A stretch of 64,000 nt of DNA from Pirellulales bacterium (lineage in GTDB: Bacteria > Planctomycetota > Planctomycetia > Pirellulales > UBA1268): contig JAGYJY010000020.1 of assembly GCA_018401745.1 (NCBI GenBank), positions 32,250-96,249 on the forward strand. Direction: 5' to 3'. Shown piece by piece: positions 38,453-47,220 of this stretch. Positions within the stretch are counted from its first letter, which is position 1. Every line of letters starts with the position of its first letter. A model generated the notes under the pieces. That model saw only the letters and a program-made list of their open reading frames with translations. It was not told the DNA's origin and ran no database searches. Both the position numbers and the translations under genes were made by a program.

Positions 38453-39466
38453 ATGTGGATGCCCTCACAAGAACTGAATGTCGACGACCTTCCCGACTCC
38501 TTCGCCTCCTGGCTGGCGGCGATCCCGACGGCCCCCGAAAGCCTCGGCTGGCAGGCAGCGGCGGCGAGCCTGCTTGAATCGGCCACCTTCAAGCCGGGCA
38601 ATGTGCATCCAGCAGCCGGCTTTGACGACCTCCAGCACGACGACTTTGTAGCCGCAGCCTTGGCGATCGCCCGCCCCTTCAACACGCTGCAGCAGCCCGA
38701 TTCGCATCCTGGCGAGCCTCAGCCGCTGGGCCGCGTGATCCTGGCGGCCGTGACTGCCGCGGCCACCGCCACCCGCAGCAATGCAAACCTTGGCATCGTG
38801 CTGGCCATGGCCCCGCTGGCAGCAGCGGCGTTGCCACTGGAGGAGCATCTGCCGCAGGTGCTCGCCTCTCTGGACCGCAGCGATGCGGAAACCATCTGGC
38901 GGGCAATCGCCATCGCCCAGCCGGGCGGCCTTGGCCGCGTTGCAGAGCACGACCTGGCCGGGCCGCCGCCAGAAAACATCCTGGAGGCGATGCGGCTTGC
39001 CCGCGAACGCGACGCGATCGCCCGCCTCTGGTCAGACGACTACGCACCATTCTTTTCTCGTGATGCTCGTGAGCCGGGAATGGTGATGCTGCTGGAAGAC
39101 GCCCTGGCAGCTGGCCTGCCTGCTGCGGCGGCCATCCAGCGGGCTTTCCTGGATCACCTCGCTTTGCACACGGACAGCCTGATCCGCCGCAGACACGGCG
39201 AGGCCGTGGCAGCCGAGGTGTCGCGGGAGGCGGCTGCGATCCGTCAGCGGCCGCCTCAGGATCAGCCCGCCGCGATCGGCCGCTTCGATGCCCGCCTGCG
39301 AGCGGGCAGCCTCCACAACGGACGCCTGCGGCCGATCAATCCGGGCACCACCGCCGACCTCGTTGCTGCCGCGCTGTTTGTGCTTCTGCGTGGTGGCTGG
39401 AGCCTCGACGGCTCTGCCGTTGCCAGAAACCTCCACGCAACCCCATCTGACGTCATCGCCATCTGA
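38453..39466 (+). CDS. triphosphoribosyl-dephospho-CoA synthase (CitG/MdcB) family protein
   Basis: 'TFKPGNVHP', 'NANLGIVLAMAPLAAA', 'GGLGRV' and 'INPGTTADLVAAALF' resemble the CitG family. Homologs of this family accompany H4MPT-linked C1 genes in methylotrophs and planctomycetes, as I recall. Confidence 0.65.
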   Translation: MWMPSQELNVDDLPDSFASWLAAIPTAPESLGWQAAAASLLESATFKPGNVHPAAGFDDLQHDDFVAAALAIARPFNTLQQPDSHPGEPQPLGRVILAAVTAAATATRSNANLGIVLAMAPLAAAALPLEEHLPQVLASLDRSDAETIWRAIAIAQPGGLGRVAEHDLAGPPPENILEAMRLARERDAIARLWSDDYAPFFSRDAREPGMVMLLEDALAAGLPAAAAIQRAFLDHLALHTDSLIRRRHGEAVAAEVSREAAAIRQRPPQDQPAAIGRFDARLRAGSLHNGRLRPINPGTTADLVAAALFVLLRGGWSLDGSAVARNLHATPSDVIAI

Positions 39467-39504
39467 CGTCATCTGATACCCCCTGACTCCCAGGAACCAA
39501 CGCG

Positions 39505-40017
39505 ATGCCCCTTCAGTCATCCTCGACCTACCGCGTGCGGCTGCGGAAAGCCGTCCACGTCTTCTCCGCTGGCCACTTCATCACCCTCAACGACACGCTC
39601 TGCGAGCCGATTCACGGCCACAACTGGACCGTGGCCGTCGACGTTGATGGTCCGCTCGACGCTCATGGAATGGTCGTCGACTTTATCGCTCTGCGAGATG
39701 CGGTCACCGCCATCGTGCAGTCCCTCGACCACCGGATGCTCCTGCCAACCGCCAATCCTCTCCTCGAGCTCAGCCAGGCCACCGGCCCGGGAGGCAACGA
39801 AGAAGTCACGATCCGCTACCAGCAGCGACGATGGGTTTTCCCGGCGGATGAGTGCATGCTGCTGCCGATTGTCAACACAACAGCTGAGCTGCTCGCCGAC
39901 TGGATCGGCCAGCAGCTGATCAACCGGTTGGCCGCATCCGGCACGCCACTGCCTGGCCGCCTCGACATCGAGGTCGACGAGTGCCTCGGGCAGTCGGGCG
40001 GACGGCAGGCGTCATGA
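39505..40017 (+). CDS. 6-pyruvoyl-tetrahydropterin synthase / QueD family protein
   Basis: 'FSAGHF' and the catalytic 'CEPIHGHNW' (Cx3HGH) motifs; 'GMVVDFIALRDAV'. Adjacent to the CitG-like gene. Confidence 0.8.
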   Translation: MPLQSSSTYRVRLRKAVHVFSAGHFITLNDTLCEPIHGHNWTVAVDVDGPLDAHGMVVDFIALRDAVTAIVQSLDHRMLLPTANPLLELSQATGPGGNEEVTIRYQQRRWVFPADECMLLPIVNTTAELLADWIGQQLINRLAASGTPLPGRLDIEVDECLGQSGGRQAS

Positions 40018-40677
40018 GCCTGCCGTCACTGCCAGACTTGCTGCCGTTTCCACCGACACCGCCAGCGGTCGATCATCGACATGAATCAGCAGCAGGCCCA
40101 CGCCGTGCGGGTTTTCGGCCACCGTTCCCGCCACGCCGAGCGTGAGCCCTGTCTCGGTGAGATACCGCAAGAACTCGGGCGACTGATCAAGCACACGGGC
40201 GATGGTGAACACCTCCCCCTGGGAGCACTCGGACAGCGATCGAGTCGGCGGCTCTTCGCGGAGCCGGCCATCGGTGCGGGGAATCGGATCCCCGTGAGGA
40301 TCGACGTCGGGCCGACCGAGGAAGGCGTCGATCCGCTCCACCAGCAGGTCGCTGACAGCGTGCTCCATGTGCTCAGCTTCGTCGTGGACCTCGTCCCAGC
40401 TCATCCCGAGCGTCCGCATCAGGAAGAGTTCGATCAGCCGGTGCCGCCGCAGCACCCGCAGCGCCAGAGCCTCGCCCGCCGGCAGGAGCACGACGCCCTC
40501 GTAAGGACGATGGACCGCAAGCTGGGCCGCATCGAGCGTTTTCAGCATGCTTGTGACCGTCCCCGGCGCGACCCCCAGAGACGTCGCGAGCTGCCCCGTT
40601 GTGGCCGCGCGTCCATCCTGGCCGCTGATGATCTGGTAGATCGCTTTCAGATAGTTTTCGACGGTTAGGCTGGCCAT
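40012..40677 (-). CDS. DtxR/MntR-family metal-dependent transcriptional repressor
   Basis: 'VENYLKAIYQI', HTH 'TGQLATSLGVAPGTVTSMLKTL', the dimerisation/metal region 'RRHRLIELFL...WDEVHDEAEHMEH', and a C-terminal FeoA/SH3-like domain. The start was set at MASLTVENY; the long upstream ORF extension looks non-coding. Confidence 0.85.
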   Translation of the reverse strand: MASLTVENYLKAIYQIISGQDGRAATTGQLATSLGVAPGTVTSMLKTLDAAQLAVHRPYEGVVLLPAGEALALRVLRRHRLIELFLMRTLGMSWDEVHDEAEHMEHAVSDLLVERIDAFLGRPDVDPHGDPIPRTDGRLREEPPTRSLSECSQGEVFTIARVLDQSPEFLRYLTETGLTLGVAGTVAENPHGVGLLLIHVDDRPLAVSVETAASLAVTAGS

Positions 40678-40858
40678 CGGCGACCTCCTCGCTGCCGTGC
40701 AGAACCCGTGCGACCGGCCGGCAAACAGATGCCGGATTGTCGCAACTCCCGCAAGCGACCATGATTGCTCAGTGCGGGACTGCGGGGAAGGTAGTATGCC
40801 AGCCCGTCGCCACACGGTTCGAACCCCAAACAGAACCATCCCACCACGGTGCCCCCCA

Positions 40859-41881
40859 ATGTGCGAGCAACCCACCCTCCAACTCAACGCGGCGGCCATC
40901 GGGCTGCTGCAGGCTGCCATCAACGGCAACGACGACCTCGGCATCACCCAGAGCATCATCGGGGCCGCGACGGTGATCGACTGCGGGGTGGAAGCTCCGG
41001 GGAGCGAGGCAGCCGGGCTCTTGATGGCGCGGGTGGCCATGGCGGGCTTGGGTGAGGTCGCGCTCGAACCAGCAGGCAGCCCGCGGCTCTTCCCGCAGCC
41101 GAGCGGCAACCAGCAGCCCGACGCAAGCGATGTCTGGAAGCGGCCGGTTGTGTCTGCCACGAGTCGCTCACCGATTGCAGCCTGCCTGGCCAGCCAATAC
41201 GCCGGCTGGAAAGTGAGCGTGGACGGCTATTTCGCAATGGCAAGCGGGCCGATTCGGGCGGCGATCGGCAAGGAGCCGCTGTTTGATCGTATCGGCCTGC
41301 GGGAGCGGCCGGCGGCCGTGATTGGGCTGCTGGAGTCTGCCTCGCTGCCAACCGCAGAAGCGATCGCTTCCCTCGCCGAAGCGGCAGGCGTGGCTCCGCA
41401 GCACATGACGCTGCTCGTGGCCCCCACGGCCTCGCCCGCTGGCACGCTGCAGGTGGTCGCCCGCGCACTGGAAACAGCACTGCACAAGCTGGAAACCCTC
41501 GGCTTCGATCTCTCGCTCGTGGTGGCCGGCCAGGGCCGGGCTCCGCTCCCGCCAGTGCCCGCAGACGACCTCACTGCGATCGGCCGCACCAACGACGCCG
41601 TGCTCTACGGCAGTCATGTGCTGCTCGAGGTGAATGCCGACGAGCCGCTGCTCGATGCTGTGGGCGCGGCGATGACAAGTTCTGCCTCAGCCGATCATGG
41701 CAAGTCGTTTGCCGCCCTGTTTGAGGCGGCGGGCGGAGATTTTTACGCGATTGATCCGGCGATCTTCGCTCCAGCGGTCGTCGATCTTTTCAATCCGCAG
41801 ACAGGAGACTGCCTGCGGTTTGGCCAGTTTGAGGTCGGCCTCGTCCGCAAGTCCTTTGGGCTCGAGACGAGCGAGACCTGA
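40859..41881 (+). CDS. mch: methenyltetrahydromethanopterin cyclohydrolase
   Basis: 340 aa. 'VIDCGV', 'ACLASQYAGW', 'FAMASGPIRA', 'GRTNDAVLYG' and 'FYAIDPAIFAPA' match Mch as I know it. Confidence 0.85.
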   Translation: MCEQPTLQLNAAAIGLLQAAINGNDDLGITQSIIGAATVIDCGVEAPGSEAAGLLMARVAMAGLGEVALEPAGSPRLFPQPSGNQQPDASDVWKRPVVSATSRSPIAACLASQYAGWKVSVDGYFAMASGPIRAAIGKEPLFDRIGLRERPAAVIGLLESASLPTAEAIASLAEAAGVAPQHMTLLVAPTASPAGTLQVVARALETALHKLETLGFDLSLVVAGQGRAPLPPVPADDLTAIGRTNDAVLYGSHVLLEVNADEPLLDAVGAAMTSSASADHGKSFAALFEAAGGDFYAIDPAIFAPAVVDLFNPQTGDCLRFGQFEVGLVRKSFGLETSET

Positions 41882-41885
41882 CCCG

Positions 41886-42773
41886 ATGGCCAGGCCTGCC
41901 CTGCAGCTCAGGCTGATCGGCGATCCTCAAGGCTGGCACCTCACCGACCTGGCGAGGGCGGGCCAGGCCCGTGGCCATGCGGTGTCTGCTGTGCCGTGGA
42001 CGACGCTTGCGTCGCAGATCACCAACAGCGAAGAGAGGCTCTCGCCGGCGGTGACCGCGGCCCGCGGTGCCTTTGTCATTCGCGGCATGCCCCGGGGCGG
42101 CTTGGAAGAGGTGGTCTTTCGCATGAACGCTGTCGCGCGGCTGGAGGCTGCGGGCCACCTCGTGGTGAATCCGGCTCGCAGTCTTGAGATCGCGATCGAC
42201 AAATACCTGACCACGGCTCGACTGGTTGACCACGGCCTTCCGGTGCCGCAGACGGTGGTCGCCCAGGAGGCTGAAGCGATTCGCGACGGCTGGGAACAGC
42301 TCGGCGGCGACGTGGTGGCCAAGCCGCTGTTTGGTTCGGGGGGGCGAGGGCTTGAGCGAATCCGCTCGCGAACCGAGCTTGCGTCGTTTCTCGCACGGCA
42401 GCCCGCAGAGCGGCCGATCTACCTGCAGACGTTTGTTGACCATCCCGACGGCGACCTCCGCATTCTCGTTGTGGGGGACCGGGCGTTTGCCATCCGCCGC
42501 CGCAGCGACGACTGGCGGACCAACGTCTCCCTGGGTGGATCGGCAGAGCCGCTGGAGCCAAGCCCCCGGATGCTGGACCTGGCGACCCGCGCCGCCCAGG
42601 CGACCGGCACGCTGATCGCGGGCGTCGACCTGCTCCCGACGGCAGATGGGCAGTTGCTTGTCCTTGAGGTCAACGCCGTCCCCGGCTGGCGGGCCGTGTC
42701 GGCCGCGTGCGGCGTCGACATCGCCACCGAGGTGATTGCCCTGCTTGAGCGGCAGATGCCGCCACCTGGCTAG
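41886..42773 (+). CDS. RimK-family ATP-grasp alpha-L-glutamate ligase (MptN-like)
   Basis: ATP-grasp pattern 'DKYLTTARLVDHGLPVPQT', 'VVAKPLFGSGGRGL', 'YLQTFV', 'AGVDLLPTADGQLLVLEVNAVPGW'. It begins 4 nt after the mch stop. Confidence 0.75.
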   Translation: MARPALQLRLIGDPQGWHLTDLARAGQARGHAVSAVPWTTLASQITNSEERLSPAVTAARGAFVIRGMPRGGLEEVVFRMNAVARLEAAGHLVVNPARSLEIAIDKYLTTARLVDHGLPVPQTVVAQEAEAIRDGWEQLGGDVVAKPLFGSGGRGLERIRSRTELASFLARQPAERPIYLQTFVDHPDGDLRILVVGDRAFAIRRRSDDWRTNVSLGGSAEPLEPSPRMLDLATRAAQATGTLIAGVDLLPTADGQLLVLEVNAVPGWRAVSAACGVDIATEVIALLERQMPPPG

Positions 42774-42883
42774 CAGCCACCTGCCGCTAAAGATGCGGGC
42801 CGGCAGACGGACACCTGGGAAATGCGACACCGGCGAGCTGCCTCTCTTTTAGGCACACCCCCTCCCGCCCGACAACCAGGCAG

Positions 42884-42914
42884 GCCTGCCTGAAAACAGG
42901 GCAGGCTTTGCTTC
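42884..42914 (+). terminator. rho-independent terminator-like hairpin after the RimK-like gene
   Basis: gcctgcc (42884-42890) and ggcaggc (42900-42906), followed by tttgcttc. It overlaps a perfect 16-nt palindrome caggcaggcctgcctg (42877-42892). Confidence 0.5.
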
Positions 42915-43033
42915 AGCAACGTAAGTCGTTTGTTTGCAAGCACTTGGGTGCATGCACTTGACTGCTAGCAAAGGATTGCAGCGAGCTCGGAAATGAAGGT
43001 CCGAGCGGACCGTAAGCCCGGGAGCACCTCTGC

Positions 43034-43504
43034 ATGAAGACAACGACCGCCCACCGCCTTTCACCTGCCCGGAGTCTCGAGGCCGCCAACGCCGTGCTGC
43101 AGGTTGCCGAACGGCTCCACGCCATGGAGCCCGACTGGGTGGTGTTTTTCAGCGAAATGCTGGGAATCGACGGACACGTGCAGAAGATGTTTCCGCACAA
43201 AGCGTCGCTGCAGACCTTTGAATGCTCTCCGCAGTACGCCCGGATTCGCGAACTGCTCGATGATCTGCGATCGCGGCAGGCTGAAGCCCCGAAACGGCAA
43301 TCCCGCCGGGTGGTCACGGTTCGCATGCCCCGCTCGCTGCACGAAACTCTCAAGACAGAGGCGCGGCGGCTGGGAGTGAGCATCAACCAGCTCTGCGTCA
43401 CCAAACTGATCCGCATGCTTGATGAGCACGACCTTGAGAACTTCGGGTTCGAGGTTGGCGAGCCCGACGAAAGCGACGACGAGCGTGGCGGAGCGGACCT
43501 TTAA
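43034..43504 (+). CDS. ribbon-helix-helix (HicB/Arc-like) domain protein
   Basis: 156 aa. 'RVVTVRMPRSLHETLKTEARRLGVSINQLCVTKL' is a typical RHH/HicB-type DNA-binding segment. It has an acidic C-terminal tail, and its last ~35 nt are antisense to the 3' end of rnpB. Confidence 0.55.
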   Translation: MKTTTAHRLSPARSLEAANAVLQVAERLHAMEPDWVVFFSEMLGIDGHVQKMFPHKASLQTFECSPQYARIRELLDDLRSRQAEAPKRQSRRVVTVRMPRSLHETLKTEARRLGVSINQLCVTKLIRMLDEHDLENFGFEVGEPDESDDERGGADL

Positions 43505-43925
43505 GCCGGGTTCTGTCGCTCCTCTCTGCCGAGGCAGGCAGGAGCGGGCGACCATTTCTCTCCGACGACGGTTACCCGCCGCCTCAAGCAGCCGACCCGG
43601 GAGTGGGACCTGGACGGGCAGCCCAGGGCTGGCCTTGCGGCCAGACTCCTCCCTGCTTGGCCTTGCTCCCGATGGGGTTTACCAAGCCAGACCGGTCACC
43701 CGGCCTGCTGGTGAGCTCTTACCTCACCGTTTCACCCTTACCGACGGGTTTCCCCGGCGGCGGTTTGCTTTCTGTTGCACTTTCCCTGACCTCGCGGCCG
43801 GTGGGCGTTACCCACCATCGCGCCCTCTGGAGCCCGGACTTTCCTCCGCCAACCGAGCCCACGATTTCCTGAAAGAAACCGCAAACCCGTGGCGGCGGCC
43901 GCCCGGTCCGCTCCGCCTCGCTCGT
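43470..43925 (-). ncRNA. rnpB: RNase P RNA, bacterial type A
   Basis: The minus strand contains GGCGGAGGAAAGTCCGGGCTCCA (CR-I), ACAGAAAGC, GGTAAGGGTGAAACGGTGAGGTAAGAGCTCACC, GGTAAACCCCA and ACAGAACCCGGCTTA (CR-V). A long P1 pairs GAAGCGACGACGAGCG.GGCGGAGCGGACC (5') with GGTCCGCTCCGCC.CGCTCGTCGTCGCTT (3'). The ends are approximate. Confidence 0.95.
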
Positions 43926-44112
43926 CGTCGCTTCAATCTTACCGATCGTAGGGCCTGGCAGGGCTGGCAAACCGCGGAAACGCGGCCGATTTCTGGAAGA
44001 CCCGCCGCAGGGGTGATAAAGTTTGCAGTCGGCAAGGCACACCCATCTTCATGAACACCGCGAGAGGGCTCTCGGCGGCAGAGATGTCTGCAGGCGGTCG
44101 CCTTTTCGCACC

Positions 44113-44565
44113 ATGATGGACATCACGATGAGTACGGAGACCATGATGCTCGGTGAGTTGCTGCCTGTCGGCGGTGGAGACCCGATTCCTCTTCTCAAAG
44201 GCCAGCTGATGGTGGGCCGCCGGGAAAGTTGCGATATCGTGCTGCGGTTTGCCAATGTGTCTGGCTCCCATTGCGAACTGTCGATCGACGGTGGCTACTG
44301 GAACGTGCGGGATCTCGGCAGCAGCAACGGCACGAAGGTCAACGGAACCCGTGTCAGTGAGCAGCGGCTAGAGCCCGGCGACGTGCTCACGGTGGCCAAG
44401 CATCAGTTCGAGATCGCCTATGATCCCTCGAGTCTTGGAGCAAAGCCGCAGCCAGAGAACGTGGAGGCCATCAACGATCTCTTCAGTCGCCCCTTGCTCG
44501 AGTCCGCAGGCCTCGTCTCTCGCCGAGGCGGGGAAGCACCGACACGCCGGAGCCGACCTCATTAG
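44113..44565 (+). CDS. FHA domain-containing protein
   Basis: 'LMVGRRESCDIVLRFANVSGSHCEL...WNVRDLGSSNGTKVNGTRV' is a canonical FHA core. The start is uncertain (ATG at 44113, 44116 or 44128). Confidence 0.8.
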   Translation: MMDITMSTETMMLGELLPVGGGDPIPLLKGQLMVGRRESCDIVLRFANVSGSHCELSIDGGYWNVRDLGSSNGTKVNGTRVSEQRLEPGDVLTVAKHQFEIAYDPSSLGAKPQPENVEAINDLFSRPLLESAGLVSRRGGEAPTRRSRPH

Positions 44566-44579
44566 GGCGTCGCACGCCT

Positions 44580-45747
44580 GTGGGTAAGCCTCGAAAGCTT
44601 CGGGTCGAGTTTCGGAAGAACCGCTCCGGACGGCAACGGAAGCGAGATTTTACGGATCTCGTCACACCCGAGGGTGACCATCCCGACGAGCTGACGTCCG
44701 GCGAACGGCTCTCCGGCAAAGGAGCTCTCACCCGCCACCGCACGGTGATGGCAGACGACCTCTCGTCCGACACAACCGACGGGCTTGCCGTGCGGCCTTC
44801 GCTGGAGGCCGCCTGGCAGAGGCCGGGTGCTTGAGGTCCACGGCCTGTCGAGCTTTGTCCAGGCGACCGACGGCAGGATTGCTCGCTGTGTCACCCGCCG
44901 GCTCCTGAAAACCCTCGCCACCGACCAGCGGCATGTGGTGGCTGCTGGCGACTGGGTGCGGGTGAGTGGCGAAGGCGATGACGGCGTGATCCTTGATGTC
45001 GAGCCCAGAACCAGCTCGCTTTCCCGCACGAGTCGCGGCAAGCGGCATGTGCTGGTGGCCAACGTCGACCAGGTGGTGATTGTCGCGACGGCTGCCGAGC
45101 CTCGCATCAAGCCAGCCCTCATCGACCGCTTTTTAGTGGCTGCCGAGGCCAATGGCATCACCCCCATTATCTGCATCAACAAAGCCGACCTGGTCGATCC
45201 GGCATCCCTCGTGCCGATCGCCGGCGTCTACGCCCGCATGGGGTATGCCGTGATCCTCTGCTCAACCGTCACAGGGATGGGCCTGCAACGGCTGATCGCA
45301 GAGCTTCACGGCCGCGTGACCGCGGTCGTGGGTCAGAGCGGCGTCGGCAAATCCTCGCTGCTCAACTGCATCGACCCCACGCTCAAGCTCCGCACCGCCA
45401 GCGTCAGCAGTGAAAACCAAAAGGGCAAACACACCACGACCACCGCGCGGCTGATCGCACTTGGCGACGACGCCACCGCGGGCTACGTCGTCGACACGCC
45501 CGGGATCCGACAGTTTCAGCTCTGGGAGTTCGTGCCGGCCGAAGTGGCGGCAGCCTATCGGGATCTGCGGCCGTTTGCCAACCACTGCCGCTACCCCAAC
45601 TGCACCCACACCCACGAAGACGACTGTGGCGTCAAACATGCCGTAGCCGACGGGCTCCTCGACACCCGCCGCTGGGAAAGCTGCACGGCAGCTGGCTGCC
45701 GGCTCGGGCGAAACAGCGTTTGGCGAGTAGGCCCGCCGTTGCCCTGA
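44580..45747 (+). CDS. rsgA: ribosome small-subunit-dependent GTPase A, frame-disrupted as assembled
   Basis: The basic N-terminal extension is in ORF 44580..44834; the OB fold, GTPase and zinc domains are in ORF 44785..45747 ('VANVDQVVIV', 'INKADL', 'GQSGVGKSSLLN', 'DTPGIRQF', 'CRYPNCTHTHEDDC'). The frame switches near 44810-44825. Confidence 0.85.
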
Positions 45748-45821
45748 GGTGGGTATACTCCACAGCCGGTGTCGAAGAGCGCTGCTGAAGCGGCCCGCCG
45801 GGTGGATGCACGAGAGGGAAC

Positions 45822-47144
45822 GTGAAGGATCGCACACGCACCAACAGCGTTGAGAGCGAGCGGGCCGTGCTTGCGGGCTTGCTCGATCGCGACGCTGCCG
45901 AACTGGAAAACCCGCTGGATGAGCTGGCGGGCCTGGCGGAAACCGCGGGTGCTGATGTGCGGGCCGAGCTCACGCAGCGGCGTGACACCCCCGACCAGAC
46001 CACCTACCTCGGCAGCGGCAAAGTGGCCGAACTGCGGATGCTCGTCGAGCGGCACGAAGCCGACGTCGTGATCTTCGACAACGACCTCTCCCCCGCCCAA
46101 ACCCGCAATCTGGAGAAGGCATCGGGCGTGAAGGTGCTCGATCGCTCCGAGCTGATCCTCGACATCTTCGCCGCCCGCGCCCGCACGCATGAAGCCCGCC
46201 TGGCGGTTGAGCTCGCGCAGCTGGAGTATTCGCTGCCCCGACTGAAGCGGATGTGGACCCACCTGTCGCGGCTGAAGATGGGCATCGGCATGCGAGGCCC
46301 GGGCGAGAAGCAGCTCGAGGTCGACCGCCGCCTCGTGGAGAAGCGGATTCACGACCTGCGGCAGGAACTGGCGGTGATCCACGCCCGCCGCGAGCGGCAG
46401 GTCGCCGCCCGCCACGATCGCCGCACCGTCTCACTGGTTGGCTACACCAACGCCGGCAAGAGCACGCTGCTCAACAGGCTCACCGGCTCATCCGAACTTG
46501 CCGAAGACAAGCTGTTTGCCACGCTCGACACCCGCACCCGCCGCTGGAAGCTGCCCGGATGGGGCCCCGTGCTGCTCTCCGACACGGTGGGCTTTATCCG
46601 CAACCTGCCCCACCGCCTGATCGCCAGCTTCAAGGCCACGCTCGAGGAGACGCGGCAGGCCGACCTGCTGCTGCATATCGCCGACGCCTCAAGCCGTGAG
46701 GTCGATCGTCAGATCGCGGCGGTGCGGAGCGTGCTTGCCGAGCTGGGCGTGGAAGACACCGACACCCTGCTGGTGCTCAACAAGTGCGATGCCATACCCG
46801 ATCCGCTCACGCGCGAGCAGCTGCTACACCGCTACCCGCATGCGGTCACCATCTCCGCCCGATCCGGCGAAGGTGTGGAGCGGCTGCGAGCAGCCGCCAG
46901 TGAAGCTCTTGCCAGGCGGTTTCACGATGTCGACATCGAGCTCTCGCCCGGCAACGGCCGGCTGCTGGCCTGGCTTGATGCCCACGGCGAAGTGCTCTCT
47001 CGTCGCTTCGACGACGAACGAGTGACGGTGCACTGCCGCATTCCTGGCTCCCTGGTCGGCCGCATCAGCGCCGAGGAAGCCACCATCCGCCCGCACCGTG
47101 GCATCGAGTCGGCCGCTCCTTTTCGCGACCTGGCGACGGGCTGA
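45822..47144 (+). CDS. hflX: GTPase HflX
   Basis: HflX N-domain 'LDELAGLAETAGA', 'FDNDLSPAQTRNLE', G1 'GYTNAGKSTLLN', 'DTVGFIRNLPHRLIASFKATLEE', 'NKCD'. Confidence 0.9.
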   Translation: MKDRTRTNSVESERAVLAGLLDRDAAELENPLDELAGLAETAGADVRAELTQRRDTPDQTTYLGSGKVAELRMLVERHEADVVIFDNDLSPAQTRNLEKASGVKVLDRSELILDIFAARARTHEARLAVELAQLEYSLPRLKRMWTHLSRLKMGIGMRGPGEKQLEVDRRLVEKRIHDLRQELAVIHARRERQVAARHDRRTVSLVGYTNAGKSTLLNRLTGSSELAEDKLFATLDTRTRRWKLPGWGPVLLSDTVGFIRNLPHRLIASFKATLEETRQADLLLHIADASSREVDRQIAAVRSVLAELGVEDTDTLLVLNKCDAIPDPLTREQLLHRYPHAVTISARSGEGVERLRAAASEALARRFHDVDIELSPGNGRLLAWLDAHGEVLSRRFDDERVTVHCRIPGSLVGRISAEEATIRPHRGIESAAPFRDLATG

Positions 47145-47150
47145 AGCGAT

Positions 47151-47178
47151 GCGGCTCGTTCGTCGCGGCTCGTTCGTC
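47151..47178. repeat. perfect 14-bp tandem duplication (gcggctcgttcgtc x2)
   Basis: Read directly, in the convergent intergenic gap between hflX and the mtd-like gene. Confidence 0.9.
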
Positions 47179-47220
47179 ATTGGCCTCGCCGGCATGCAGA
47201 CCGTTGGCGGCAGGCTGGGC

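Noticed and set aside
40678-41160. Long N-terminal extensions of the DtxR-family ORF (to 41160). Similar extensions occur on nrdR (58189..58410), mch (40697..40858), cdsA (7667..7852), moaC (57003..57164) and fae (48629..48907).
   Set aside because: The extensions are low-complexity and overlap neighbouring genes or terminators. The family-typical N-termini start at internal ATGs.
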